From Oikopleura dioica (taxonomy: Eukaryota; Animalia; Chordata): a stretch of DNA of 64,000 nucleotides. Every line of letters begins with the position of its first letter. The first letter of the stretch is position 1. Made by a program: the position numbers and the translations under genes. The notes under the pieces are model-generated. The model saw only the letters and a program-made list of their open reading frames with translations. It made no database searches and had not been told where the DNA came from. The stretch lies in NCBI GenBank assembly GCA_907165135.1, contig OU015566.1, forward strand, positions 11,408,001 through 11,472,000, read 5' to 3'. Positions 63,753 to 64,000 of the stretch are shown piece after piece.

Positions 63753-64000
63753 GTCAGAATGTGAGACATGTGATCAGGGACAATACTTTATTCATAAAAA
63801 TTTACGAGGCGGGGGATTTCTCGCCATTATCACTTCTGAGCCCAAAACGTCACTTTGACGCGCTTTTTTTGCGGTTGGATTTTATAACTTTTGATAGAGT
63901 TAACCAAACCTGGAGTTTATGGGCTCAAAATGATCCTCTCGAAAAATAAAAATTTTCCAATGCATTAGTTTTTGAAAATTAGGTACCAATTTTCCGGAAG

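Noticed and set aside
63176-63949. W/G/P-rich ORFs
   Set aside because: Translations of the AATTGG repeats of the hAT MITE.

Overview
This is eukaryotic DNA from a very compact animal genome. The many 38-60 nt introns, GA-AG and GC-AG introns, co-oriented genes 50-250 bp apart and pyrimidine-AG acceptors just upstream of ATGs are consistent with an appendicularian tunicate such as Oikopleura (an inference, not a database match). About 30 spliced genes were reconstructed by hand, so exon boundaries are approximate and most ORF-track entries are exon fragments or antisense shadows. Recognisable genes: a Rho GTPase, TDP2, PDIA3, GUK1, RUVBL1, an RBX2/RNF7-like RING, GMCL1, WTAP, SOD2, ATE1, PITP, an MDR/ADH-like protein, SASS6, ETNK, PPP2R2 (B55), MCTS1, two Rab5-family genes, a RING protein, DHRS1 and an IFI44-like GTPase. 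Seven non-autonomous DNA elements have visible TIRs and target-site duplications (TA, TTAA, 8-bp hAT). No tRNA, rRNA or CRISPR array was seen. The strongest candidate for an undescribed system is a ~6.8 kb plus-strand gene (~45.2-52.0 kb). It encodes a secreted protein with a Sushi-like module, two CBM2-like modules and a GH9 cellulase fold whose catalytic residues are lost, making it a candidate cellulose-binding or cellulose-organising house protein. Other highlights: a guanylate kinase with a spliced-on CAAX tail, a 114-aa secreted peptide precursor absent from the ORF track, an RBX2-like RING with a ~590-aa disordered N-terminus, and a MITE that forms almost an entire intron in a novel two-repeat protein.
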